Source of the DNA: Sedimentisphaera cyanobacteriorum
GTDB taxonomy: Bacteria; Planctomycetota; Phycisphaerae; Sedimentisphaerales; Sedimentisphaeraceae
Assembly (NCBI RefSeq): GCF_001997385.1
Contig: NZ_CP019633.1
Span: 1,620,001-1,652,000 of the forward strand
Length of the DNA stretch: 32,000 nucleotides
Direction: 5' to 3'
In this document: positions 24,373 to 32,000 of the stretch, piece after piece
How positions within the stretch are numbered: position 1 is the stretch's first letter
Layout of the letters: each line of letters begins with the position of its first letter
Position numbers and translations under genes: made by a program
Notes under the pieces: generated by a model
Seen by the model: only the letters and a program-made list of their open reading frames with translations
Databases searched by the model: none
Told to the model about the DNA's origin: nothing

Positions 24373-25788
24373 TTAAATCTGATGGTTGTAGGCATTAAGC
24401 TCAGTCTGAATACCTCTGTCTCCTTGGTCTTGCATCCATTCATCAAGTTTGGTTTTGAGTCTTTTGAAAACCTCTTCATAGCCGGGCTCATCGGCAAGGT
24501 TGTTAATATTTGCAGGATCCTCTTTGATGTTGTACAGCTCGAATTCCGGGCGGTGCTGATATTTATGCGTATATTTCTGTGCGTGCTCATCGCCGGCTGC
24601 GGCTAAATCAAGCATAGACTGAAATTCCGAGCTTGGGTTCTCGGTAGTTACATTTTGAAACTCATTATTTGGCATCAAATTCCAAATCAGCCTGTAGTTT
24701 TCATCCCTCACAGAGCGTATCGGGTATGGCTGCTTGTTTTTGAGTATTCCTGTTGATGTATGTATGCCGAATGTATAGTCTTTATGTTCTTTTGTTTTGC
24801 CGGTGAGCAGGCCGAGCATACTCTTGCCGTCGAGAACCTCGGGAGGATTTCCGCCTGCTGCTTCAATGAAAGTGGGCGTAACATCAACATATTCCACGAT
24901 CGCTTCGCTTATGCTGCCAGCTTCAACTTTCCCCGGCCAGCGGACAATCATAATCGACCCGAGACCGTCTTCATAGCATGTCCATTTGGCAAAGGGAAGA
25001 GCATTGCCCTGCTCAGAAACCACCATTACCATTGTATTATCTGAAAGGCCGTATTCATCAAGCAGATTAAGAAGCTGACCTACCTGATTGTCGAAATAAG
25101 TGATCTCAGCGAGATATTTCGTCATAGACTCCCTAACCACAGGAGTGTCGGGTATATACGGACGAAGCTCAACCTCATCAGCATCGTAAGCGGAAGGGTT
25201 GCCTTTATTCCAAGGAGTATGCGGCTCATTTGAGCATGCAAAGAGGCAGAACGGAGTTTGCGTATCTTTGCATTCTGAGAACAAGCTCTCAACAGCTCCC
25301 ATATCGGGATTCTTGCTGCCGCTGTATTCAAACGGAAAAACTTCATCCGGCGCAATGTGGGTTTTGCCTGAAAGAGCAACCCTATACCCCAGCGGCTTAA
25401 GATAATGAACGATGCTTTTAGTGCCTTCTTTTGCGAAAGCGTGGTTGGGATACGCCCCGCTCTTCACGGGATAAAGGCCTGTGTAGATATTATGTCTTGT
25501 GGGCGAGCACATCGGGGCAGCCTGAAAGCAGTTTGTAAATTTCATACCTTCAGGAACAAGCTTATCGATGTTGGGGGTATGAGCCTGACCGCCATAGCAG
25601 CCGATATCCCTGTAGGTGCAGTCGTCTGCCATTATAAAGAGGAAGTTAGGCTTATCACTGCCCGTATTGCTAATCTTCTTATTCAGCTTGAAATTTTCAG
25701 ATGCAAAAATGGACTCTGCCATACTGCTCGACTGAACAGCGGAAAATGCTGCAACGCCGGCTAATTTAATAAAATTTCTTCTTTCCAC
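24373..25788 (-). CDS. formylglycine-dependent sulfatase (arylsulfatase A family) with twin-arginine signal
   Basis: 471 aa with a GTG start. The Tat motif is ERRNFIKLAGVAAFS. PNFLFIMADDCTYRDIGCYGG is present. The active-site motif is CSPTRHNIYTG (C-x-P-x-R). Confidence 0.9.
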   Translation of the reverse strand: MERRNFIKLAGVAAFSAVQSSSMAESIFASENFKLNKKISNTGSDKPNFLFIMADDCTYRDIGCYGGQAHTPNIDKLVPEGMKFTNCFQAAPMCSPTRHNIYTGLYPVKSGAYPNHAFAKEGTKSIVHYLKPLGYRVALSGKTHIAPDEVFPFEYSGSKNPDMGAVESLFSECKDTQTPFCLFACSNEPHTPWNKGNPSAYDADEVELRPYIPDTPVVRESMTKYLAEITYFDNQVGQLLNLLDEYGLSDNTMVMVVSEQGNALPFAKWTCYEDGLGSIMIVRWPGKVEAGSISEAIVEYVDVTPTFIEAAGGNPPEVLDGKSMLGLLTGKTKEHKDYTFGIHTSTGILKNKQPYPIRSVRDENYRLIWNLMPNNEFQNVTTENPSSEFQSMLDLAAAGDEHAQKYTHKYQHRPEFELYNIKEDPANINNLADEPGYEEVFKRLKTKLDEWMQDQGDRGIQTELNAYNHQI

Positions 25789-25821
25789 TTTTAATTCCTG
25801 TAAAAAAACACGGTTTCATAT

Positions 25822-27244
25822 TTAGTATATGTGATTCTGGTTTTTTGCGGCCTTAAAGGCTTGCATTGTATCTATTGGAGCCCCGGGGTCGTTCTCCTGA
25901 GCCATCCATTTATCGAGCCTGTCGCTTAATTTATTCTTTATTTCGGCGTATTTAGGGTTATCAGCGAGGTTGTTCATTTCGTAAGGGTCTTCTGCTGTAT
26001 GATAAAGCTGCTCGGGCGGTCTTCGGGTAAACCTTTCTACCAACTCATACACGTCTTTTTGATTATAAGAACGCTTGACCCATGAATGCCAGAAGTCTGA
26101 ACCACCCATCACGTGTTTTTCAATGTAGATCCTATCCGGGCAGAGGTTTCGTATGTATCTATACTGCCCGTCAAAGACTGTCCGGATAGGGTACTGCGGT
26201 CCTTCGGGTACGTTATTGTGTATGCCGAACACGTAATCACGGTGTTTATGGGTATTGCCTTTAATCACGTCGAGAAAGCTTTTCCCGTCGAATTCAAACT
26301 GCTCCGGATCCCCGCCGGCAAGTTCAACAACCGTCGGCAGGAAATCGCAGTACTGAACTAAGGCATCCGTGCGTTTATTCACAGGCGAAATCCCGGGCCA
26401 GCGGGCAATCAATGCTGTATGCAGGCCGGTATCCCAATTTGTCCATTTATTTCCGGGAAACTTCGAGCCCTGCTCGGATGTGAAAAGCACAAGGGTGTTA
26501 TCCGCCTTTCCGGACTGCTCAAGGGCTTGTAAAATATCGCCTACCTGCGAATCCATATAGGTAATTTCTGCAAGATAGTCTGAAAAATTCTCGCGTGTTT
26601 CCTGAGTGTCTGCCATATTTGGAGGCAGCTTGAGCTGATTCGCCGGATATCTGCTTGCATCCCCCATAACCCAAGGCGCATGCGGCTCAACAAGGCACAC
26701 AGCAAGATAGAACGGGGCAGAATCATCTTCCATATACTGCCTGATGTATTGCGTATCGTGCGGGCTGGGTGGGGTTTCTCACACACTTTGAATCAAAGCC
26801 GTCCAAGTAGTCAAACGGGAATTCAGATTTCGGCCTTAAATGCCTCTTGCCAGTGAGCCCTGCCCTGTATCCCAGATTACTGAGATAATCAGGCGTGCTT
26901 TTAATGTCGTTTCTGCATTTGGAATGATTCCAGCTTGCCCCGTTGCTTATTGGGTGAAGCCCTGTCTGCAATTCCGAGCGGCAAGGCAGACACATAGCCT
27001 CTGAGAGGTAGGCTTTGTTGAAAACAAGCCCTTCAGATGCAAGCTGATTTATATTTGGTGTATAGGCGTTCCGGCCTCTGTAGAGGGGCAGGTCGCTGAA
27101 AGTACAGTCGTCTGCCATTATCACAAGCACGTTTGGTCGAGATGAATTCGTCTCGTTTGAGAAAGAATAATCCGCTGAGACATCCGGGAGCATCGAAGAA
27201 AATGCTGCAAAGCCTGCTAATTTTATAAAATTTCTTCTCTTCAT
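25822..27244 (-). pseudogene. sulfatase split by a +1 frameshift (N-terminal ORF 26723-27244, C-terminal ORF 25822-26733)
   Basis: The N-terminal part has MKRRNFIKLAGFAAFS, NVLVIMADDCTF and CLPCRSELQTG. The C-terminal part continues in the +1 frame (YIRQYMEDDSAPFYLAVCLVEPHAPW...). Both parts are colinear with the intact paralog at 24373-25788. The shift must fall within 26726-26778, which contains C-runs (AAACCCCACCCAGCCCG). Confidence 0.75.
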
Positions 27245-27268
27245 TTAATCAGCTCTGTTTAACAAATC

Positions 27269-29941
27269 TCACCGCTTAAAGTTTTCCTGCCACAAAATGG
27301 CTATTTGATTGAAATCATTAATATCTATAGCACCATCTGAAAGCGGGTCTTTGGGGCATAACGCCGGCGAAACCGGCTGCATAACAAGCTGGTAGGTACC
27401 GCCATAGACATACACAACTTCCTCGTGGCTCAGGCTTTTGTTGTAAATCCTGAATTCATCTATTTTCGCCTGAAGGAAGTGGCCTTCTCCTGAAGCGGAA
27501 GAACCTATACTGGAACCACCAGCCATTTGATAATCAGCAGAGGTAAGCGAGGTTTTGCCTTGAGATACTAAAACCCCGTCCTTATAAATCTTAGTTAATT
27601 CTCCAGCTTTATTCGTAATGCAGAGATGATGCCAGCCGGCCTGAACATCGGGATTAACGGGAAACTCATACTCTGCCTCGCTCTCAAGCTCTGTACTTGA
27701 GGCAGCGTTTAAGAATTCAATGGAATTTCTTGTTTCCCATACATCCGGCTGATCCAAAAACCAGAAACTGATTGTGAATCCATGGTTTACTGAATCAAAA
27801 ACGCCCTCAGGAAGGCTTATTCCGAAGCTTCCGTCCAGCTCTATACATCCGCCTTCAGCACCGGACGAATCCCAGACAGAGTCCGGATTATCCGCTTCTA
27901 CAGCTGCATCGTACGAATTGCCCGAATTGTCATGAGCAACGTCCCCGCTGGTTTCGTCGAATGGATAGTAAACCACCAGCCCATCGGGCTCTTGTGATGC
28001 AGCAAAAATCCAGTGGCTCTGCAAAAGCCAGTTTTCCGCTAAAAGCTGCAGGTCCTGAAGGTTTATAAGGCAGTCGCCATTGATATCGGCAGGCTGATTG
28101 CTGTTTTCAATGCAGCGTTTGATGTCCAGAGCTATAGAGTCTATTGAAATCACGCCTGCAGCGGGCTGAGAAGGAGAATTCTCAAGGCCGAATTCCAAAG
28201 AAGCAATTTCAGAAATATCAACGCCCCCGCTTGAGAATTCTTCAAGCTTAATCCTTACCCGAGACGCAGCAGGATAAATCAAATCTTCCTGCAAGTATGC
28301 CTTTCTGCTGTTTCCTGCGGAATCTTCCAATTCAACATAGAAATCTGAAGGCTGATTGTCAGGGTTTCCTCTTAAATAAAATTCTAAAATCTCAGTCCCG
28401 CTGGCAGAGAAATCTTTAGGGTTGTTGAAAATTCTTTTAACTTCCGACTTTTCTGTACCGCTTTGATTCTGATAGCTGATTTTCAAGGATTTTCCGTATG
28501 CGGGAAGGCCAAGTTCAATCGAGGAACCTGTGGAATTTGACGAGCCGTCCTGCCAATCAGCAAGCAGCTGAGTATCTGTGGAGTATTGGTCGAAATCCTC
28601 AATCATTCTCGGATTGTCGCAGGAAAGCTCCAGCACCTCACTGCCGGCCTGCACATCTGGCTGCGAGGGGACATAACAGTCAACTCGGCAATAGTATTGC
28701 TCGCCAACATACATTCCAGCTGTATCAACCTGCCAGGAAGTTTCGCTGATGCCCGTAACGGATGATACAATCTGATTGAAGCCTTCATCTGAGGCTATAA
28801 GAACATCGTAAAGGACTTCTGGATAGAGCTGTGGGAGAAGGTCATCCGGCCTTTCCCAGCTGAGAGATACAGAAGGCAGAATCCCGCTTGCGCTTAAATT
28901 CTTCGGTGAAGCGTCAAGTGGAGCGGTAGTTATAGACCATACCTGCCCTTCCCACGGACTTTCAGCGTAATTTGAATTTATCGCTTCGACTTTCCAGTGA
29001 TACGTTGTCTGCTCATCGAGGAAAAGCTGGTTTTCAGCGAGGTCAAGTTCAAAACGTCCCTGCAAATCAGGTCCGGAAATCTGAGGCTGCGAAATCAGCG
29101 TGCCAAAGTGGTTAGACTCCTGAGCATTCATAACGTCCTGATACGATGTGCCGAAATATACGTTGTAACTGCTGGCATACATCCCGCCTGCCCAAGACAG
29201 CGCAGGCAGTGAAACCGGTACAACAGCTTCGCTTTCAGGAGAAGGATTGCAGGCCTCAGGAGGGCTTACAGCCTGATCGAAAATCTGCCCTCTAACAGGC
29301 GCGCCTTGAACGCCCTGAAAAATCTGACGGTTTTTCTGATTAAGCAGAGGTTCTGTATAGTTGTCATTCAAGCCGCCCATATGGATAGAGAGCTGATTCT
29401 TGCCCAGAAATGCCGCGGTTCGATTGCCGGTAAGGTCTGTTGACTGCGGGGCATTGAGAAGGTATTTAACCTGCCTCTGGCCATTTACAGAAGAAAATAC
29501 CATACCCTTCTGAAGGTTTAGGGACACGTAAACCTTATTCTCCTGATTCGCATCCAGCTCACCCAGCACTACTGAGAGAGCCCCGTCAACATTGTCCAAA
29601 TCCATCAATTCACGAACCGGAGCATCGCCCCCAGTTCTAACGGCATAAACCAGCTGACCGCCGCAGATATACAGGCCGCTGCCGTGCAAAACGCCGCCTA
29701 CCTCAATTATAACTACCGGGCCGGTCTGCTCGCCCAAATCCGCCTGAGAAGGAGTGAATTTCGCAGCGAAAGTAATCTCGCTTTCAGGATCAAGCTCTGG
29801 AACATCATTAGAAGAGCCGTCTTTGGCTGCGGTATAGTCAACCAGAGCTTCTGAATCATTAAGCCAAGGGACAATCTCCCCCGCCCAAGCAGGAACAAAG
29901 GAAAAACTTATGAAAACTAAAAGATAAACGAATTTTAACAT
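27269..29941 (-). CDS. secreted multidomain protein, paralog A: conserved N-terminal module, two FN3-like modules, CBM-like beta-sandwich, internal dockerin-like motif, LamG domain, second dockerin-like motif
   Basis: 890 aa counted from ATG 29941. The track's 29962 start is GTG. The signal peptide is MLKFVYLLVFISFSFVPAWA|GEIVPW. The N-terminal roughly 200 aa closely parallel 22006-24150. FN3-like signatures are YHWKVEAI...GQVWSITT and SVSLSWERP...YYCRVD. The CBM-like pattern is IEDFDQY...LADW...LEFYLRG...ISIDSIAL. Dockerin-like motifs are DINGDCLINLQDLQLLAENW and DGAIDINDFNQIAILW. The LamG region has YYPFDETSGDVAHDNSG...IDEFRIYNKSLS. Confidence 0.8.
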   Translation of the reverse strand: MLKFVYLLVFISFSFVPAWAGEIVPWLNDSEALVDYTAAKDGSSNDVPELDPESEITFAAKFTPSQADLGEQTGPVVIIEVGGVLHGSGLYICGGQLVYAVRTGGDAPVRELMDLDNVDGALSVVLGELDANQENKVYVSLNLQKGMVFSSVNGQRQVKYLLNAPQSTDLTGNRTAAFLGKNQLSIHMGGLNDNYTEPLLNQKNRQIFQGVQGAPVRGQIFDQAVSPPEACNPSPESEAVVPVSLPALSWAGGMYASSYNVYFGTSYQDVMNAQESNHFGTLISQPQISGPDLQGRFELDLAENQLFLDEQTTYHWKVEAINSNYAESPWEGQVWSITTAPLDASPKNLSASGILPSVSLSWERPDDLLPQLYPEVLYDVLIASDEGFNQIVSSVTGISETSWQVDTAGMYVGEQYYCRVDCYVPSQPDVQAGSEVLELSCDNPRMIEDFDQYSTDTQLLADWQDGSSNSTGSSIELGLPAYGKSLKISYQNQSGTEKSEVKRIFNNPKDFSASGTEILEFYLRGNPDNQPSDFYVELEDSAGNSRKAYLQEDLIYPAASRVRIKLEEFSSGGVDISEIASLEFGLENSPSQPAAGVISIDSIALDIKRCIENSNQPADINGDCLINLQDLQLLAENWLLQSHWIFAASQEPDGLVVYYPFDETSGDVAHDNSGNSYDAAVEADNPDSVWDSSGAEGGCIELDGSFGISLPEGVFDSVNHGFTISFWFLDQPDVWETRNSIEFLNAASSTELESEAEYEFPVNPDVQAGWHHLCITNKAGELTKIYKDGVLVSQGKTSLTSADYQMAGGSSIGSSASGEGHFLQAKIDEFRIYNKSLSHEEVVYVYGGTYQLVMQPVSPALCPKDPLSDGAIDINDFNQIAILWQENFKR

Positions 29942-29976
29942 AGCTAAATCTCTTAAAAACACAAAAATACCAAAAT

Positions 29977-31689
29977 TTATTCGATCGGTTCAAAGTGAAG
30001 CTTCGGATTTACGAAGAGCGGCATTGCCAAACCGGCGTTGCCCTTGCCCTTGCCGACCGGAACAAAGGAGCAGATCGTAAGGAAACGGTCGTTCGGGTTT
30101 AGTTTTATATCAAAATCTACCGGCTTATCTACCGGCGTTTGATTATTCACCTCAAATCGAAGCTTGCCGTCCACTATAACCTGCATATCGCATACAATCG
30201 AAGAGAAGCTGGATTTGTCAGCCCATTTTTCAGGTTTCTCGAATATTTGATCATTAAAAATGCTGTCTGAAAGGCCGAATCTCGCAGTAAACCTGGATAT
30301 ACGAGAATACGGCGCAATTTCTCTAATCTTTTTAAGGTCAAAGGTAACACCCTGCTCGGGGTGCAAATATATAGCGGAGGTCTGCGGGTATGTTTGCCTG
30401 ACGCCTTTCAGAGTCATCACATGAGGCAAAACAGGGCCTACCCGCGGATGAAAGGCCCCGTTTATTACCCCTGTCCTGTACTTTACGTTAGTGTCGGGAA
30501 GTCCGTTGGATTTATGACCCTTGCTGGACACCTTAACAGGCCCCTTGCCTCCGTCCGGCATAAAGACACCATCGATAAGGGGAAGGGAATCCACTGTCTG
30601 ATAATCAGAGTACTCATGGAAAACTAATTCAAAGTCTTTTATATTATCCGAATATTTTCCTTTTATCGTCATTAATCCGCTTTTGTATTTGCCTGTTCCA
30701 AGGCCGTTTCCCCCGCCTACCATATCCGCAAGGTCAAGGGTTTTCTGCCCTCTCCAAACAGCCTTGAATTGAGATTCTATAGAGCGTGCAAATTTGTCGG
30801 TTTCCGAGTTTATCTCTACCGCATCGGAGTTTCCGCCTGAGATTCCGAGAGCTTTTCCCTTTGTCAGCTCTTTTTTAGTCTTTTTAAGCCAGGAATTACC
30901 GCTTATAAAGGCTGCCTTGCCCTTTATCATGTGCGCTTCAGTCCAGCCTTTTTTGTCTTTATAAATTCCGAATTCAGTACCGAGGTCTATAAGGCGCATA
31001 TTATCGGAATGAACGGTAAATCCGATTCCCTGTTCGCCTACGTTTGCATAAATGCTGCCGAAATTCAGCTGTATATCGCTCTGCTTGGTAAGTTCAAACT
31101 CTGCAGGAGCCTCAATCGTTATATGGACATCGCTGGGCGTTTTAAGCTCAAGGAAGCCCTCGGAAAGTTCTACCTTTTTATTCGCCCAGATTATATCACC
31201 GCTTGAGAGAGCGGCTGATGAATCGGAAAATTCTGCGTTTAATGAATCCTCAACATAACCCGCCTTAATCGACTGATCAGTTCTTTGTGCAAATGTAAGA
31301 ATCAATGCAATCGCAATCATTGCAGCAACAGAAACCGCAAATGCTGCCACTGAAGACTTGCTGTAATGCCGCTTGGGGATATCGTAGTGCACATCTTCAA
31401 TAAGACATGGCTGCTTCTTCTCATGCCTGCATTTTCTAATTGCAGGCGCACGCTTTTCAGCTTCGATAATTTTCTTGGCAAGCTCATCGTCTATGTTTGG
31501 AACAGAAGAGATGTTTACTTCTTTGAGGGTCCCGTAAACATTTATATATTTTTTGTAGAGTGCTCTGGCCTCAGGACTTTTTCTTAATAGCTCCTGAACT
31601 GAATCGAATTCCTCTCTGCTCGCAGTTCCTTCCAGGAGCTTTAATACTTTAAGGCCGAACTGTTTTTTTTCATTCTTAGAATTAAACAT
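29977..31689 (-). CDS. FecR-type transmembrane anti-sigma factor with a large extra C-terminal (possibly NPCBM-like) domain
   Basis: 570 aa. The ATG directly abuts the sigma-factor TAA. An N-terminal helical anti-sigma region precedes a single TM helix (VAAFAVSVAAMIAIALILTFA). The FecR-like region reads IWANKKVELSEGFLELKTPSDVHITIEAPAEFEL...FTVHSDNMRLIDLGTEFGI. A further 280 aa or so follow. Confidence 0.75.
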   Translation of the reverse strand: MFNSKNEKKQFGLKVLKLLEGTASREEFDSVQELLRKSPEARALYKKYINVYGTLKEVNISSVPNIDDELAKKIIEAEKRAPAIRKCRHEKKQPCLIEDVHYDIPKRHYSKSSVAAFAVSVAAMIAIALILTFAQRTDQSIKAGYVEDSLNAEFSDSSAALSSGDIIWANKKVELSEGFLELKTPSDVHITIEAPAEFELTKQSDIQLNFGSIYANVGEQGIGFTVHSDNMRLIDLGTEFGIYKDKKGWTEAHMIKGKAAFISGNSWLKKTKKELTKGKALGISGGNSDAVEINSETDKFARSIESQFKAVWRGQKTLDLADMVGGGNGLGTGKYKSGLMTIKGKYSDNIKDFELVFHEYSDYQTVDSLPLIDGVFMPDGGKGPVKVSSKGHKSNGLPDTNVKYRTGVINGAFHPRVGPVLPHVMTLKGVRQTYPQTSAIYLHPEQGVTFDLKKIREIAPYSRISRFTARFGLSDSIFNDQIFEKPEKWADKSSFSSIVCDMQVIVDGKLRFEVNNQTPVDKPVDFDIKLNPNDRFLTICSFVPVGKGKGNAGLAMPLFVNPKLHFEPIE

Positions 31690-32000
31690 TTACATCTTCC
31701 TCTCGATACAGCTCAGCAAAACAAGATGTATATTGTTCAGTCTTCGGTAAATGGTATGTATGCTTTTGTCGTAAAAGGTTGCGATTTTCTTTACTGTCCA
31801 TCCCTTTTGATATCTCATTTCTATTATTTGGGCAAAGCCGTACTGGAGCTGGTCTATACATTCTTTAAGTATTCCGTTTATCCTTACTAATTCAGGGCTG
31901 TCCTGCTCTCCGCTAAGCAGCTCTAATATATCATCATCAAAAACCATTTTCGATTCCCTGCTCTTCCTTATAAACTGAAGGGCCTTGTATTTTGCTGTTA
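31690..32000 (-). CDS. ECF-type sigma-70 family RNA polymerase sigma factor (partial; N-terminus lies beyond the window end)
   Basis: The reading frame stays open to position 32000 (…TAKYKALQFIRKSRESKMVFDD…). The region-4 HTH reads QIIEMRYQKGWTVKKIATFYDKSIHTIYRRL. It is immediately followed by the anti-sigma gene. Confidence 0.8.
   Translation of the reverse strand, partial: TAKYKALQFIRKSRESKMVFDDDILELLSGEQDSPELVRINGILKECIDQLQYGFAQIIEMRYQKGWTVKKIATFYDKSIHTIYRRLNNIHLVLLSCIERKM

Noticed and set aside
26541-26786. Third-frame 81-aa ORF across the sulfatase frameshift site, and the heptamer A_AAC_CCC as a possible programmed -1 frameshift signal
   Set aside because: Restoring the sulfatase needs a +1 shift (the frame offset between 27244 and 26733 is 1 mod 3). 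A -1 slip at A_AAC_CCC would instead enter the third frame, whose translation has no sulfatase similarity. A simple indel or sequencing error is more parsimonious.
7762-29962. Longer N-termini given by the ORF track for several genes: 7762 lexA, 15922 DUF2344, 17664 EI, 18027 HPr, 18487 ptsN, 21998 paralog C, 29962 paralog A
   Set aside because: These extended starts are TTG or GTG codons. In each case an in-frame ATG slightly downstream gives a better fit. It provides a Shine-Dalgarno (GGGGAG, GGAGAA), a canonical family N-terminus or signal peptide, or removes an overlap with the upstream gene. The GTG start of the sulfatase at 25788 was kept because no alternative exists.
1-32000. tRNA, rRNA, tmRNA/SRP/RNase P RNA, transposases, integrases, phage or plasmid genes, toxin-antitoxin or known defence-system genes
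   Set aside because: No cloverleaf-like or conserved RNA motifs were recognised in the intergenic regions (1711-2113, 7411-7791, 15136-15268, 19555-19799, 24151-24372). No ORF shows DDE/tyrosine-recombinase, Cas, restriction or nuclease-NTPase defence signatures. A covariance-model scan (Infernal/Rfam, tRNAscan-SE) would be needed to be certain.

Overview
The window is a bacterial chromosomal segment with 24 coding regions (one frameshifted, one cut by the window end) in three blocks. I saw no rRNA, tRNA, CRISPR array, transposase or integrase. The gene content suggests an anaerobic member of the PVC group, for example Planctomycetota/Phycisphaerae-like. That placement rests on RRNFIKLAG Tat-signal sulfatases, LamG/dockerin-like secreted proteins, an ECF/FecR pair and an [FeFe]-hydrogenase, and it is inference only.

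Block 1 (plus strand, 31-9506) starts with a small 2Fe-2S ferredoxin abutting a short [FeFe]-hydrogenase. A 403-nt gap with a 27-bp tandem repeat follows. Next come a 1007-aa hybrid sensor kinase (REC-PAS x3-HisKA-HATPase-REC) and an overlapping REC-DHp protein with a degenerate ATPase domain. The block ends with dprA, a roughly 380-nt leader, lexA and ispG.

Block 2 (minus strand, 19554 down to 9509) is a tightly packed array. It runs DUF502 membrane protein, short HPF, PtsN-type EIIA, HPr, Enzyme I, a DUF2344-like protein, RNase E/G, KdsD, KdsC, and an 862-aa membrane-anchored protein with LptC/LptA-like segments.

Block 3 (minus strand, from 32000 down to a terminator at 19743-19769) is an accessory-looking cluster. 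It begins with an ECF sigma factor (partial) and a FecR-type anti-sigma carrying an extra C-terminal domain. It continues with a paralog A (890 aa), a frameshifted sulfatase, an intact sulfatase, and paralogs B (714 aa) and C (722 aa). The three paralogs are secreted proteins with LamG, FN3-like or Ig-like, and dockerin-like modules.

The most interesting candidates are the ECF-led LamG/dockerin/sulfatase cluster, the giant LptC/A-like protein, and the REC-DHp pseudo-kinase paired with a His-less Hpt-like tail on the hybrid kinase. All functional calls come from motif reading by eye. No HMM or BLAST search could be run.
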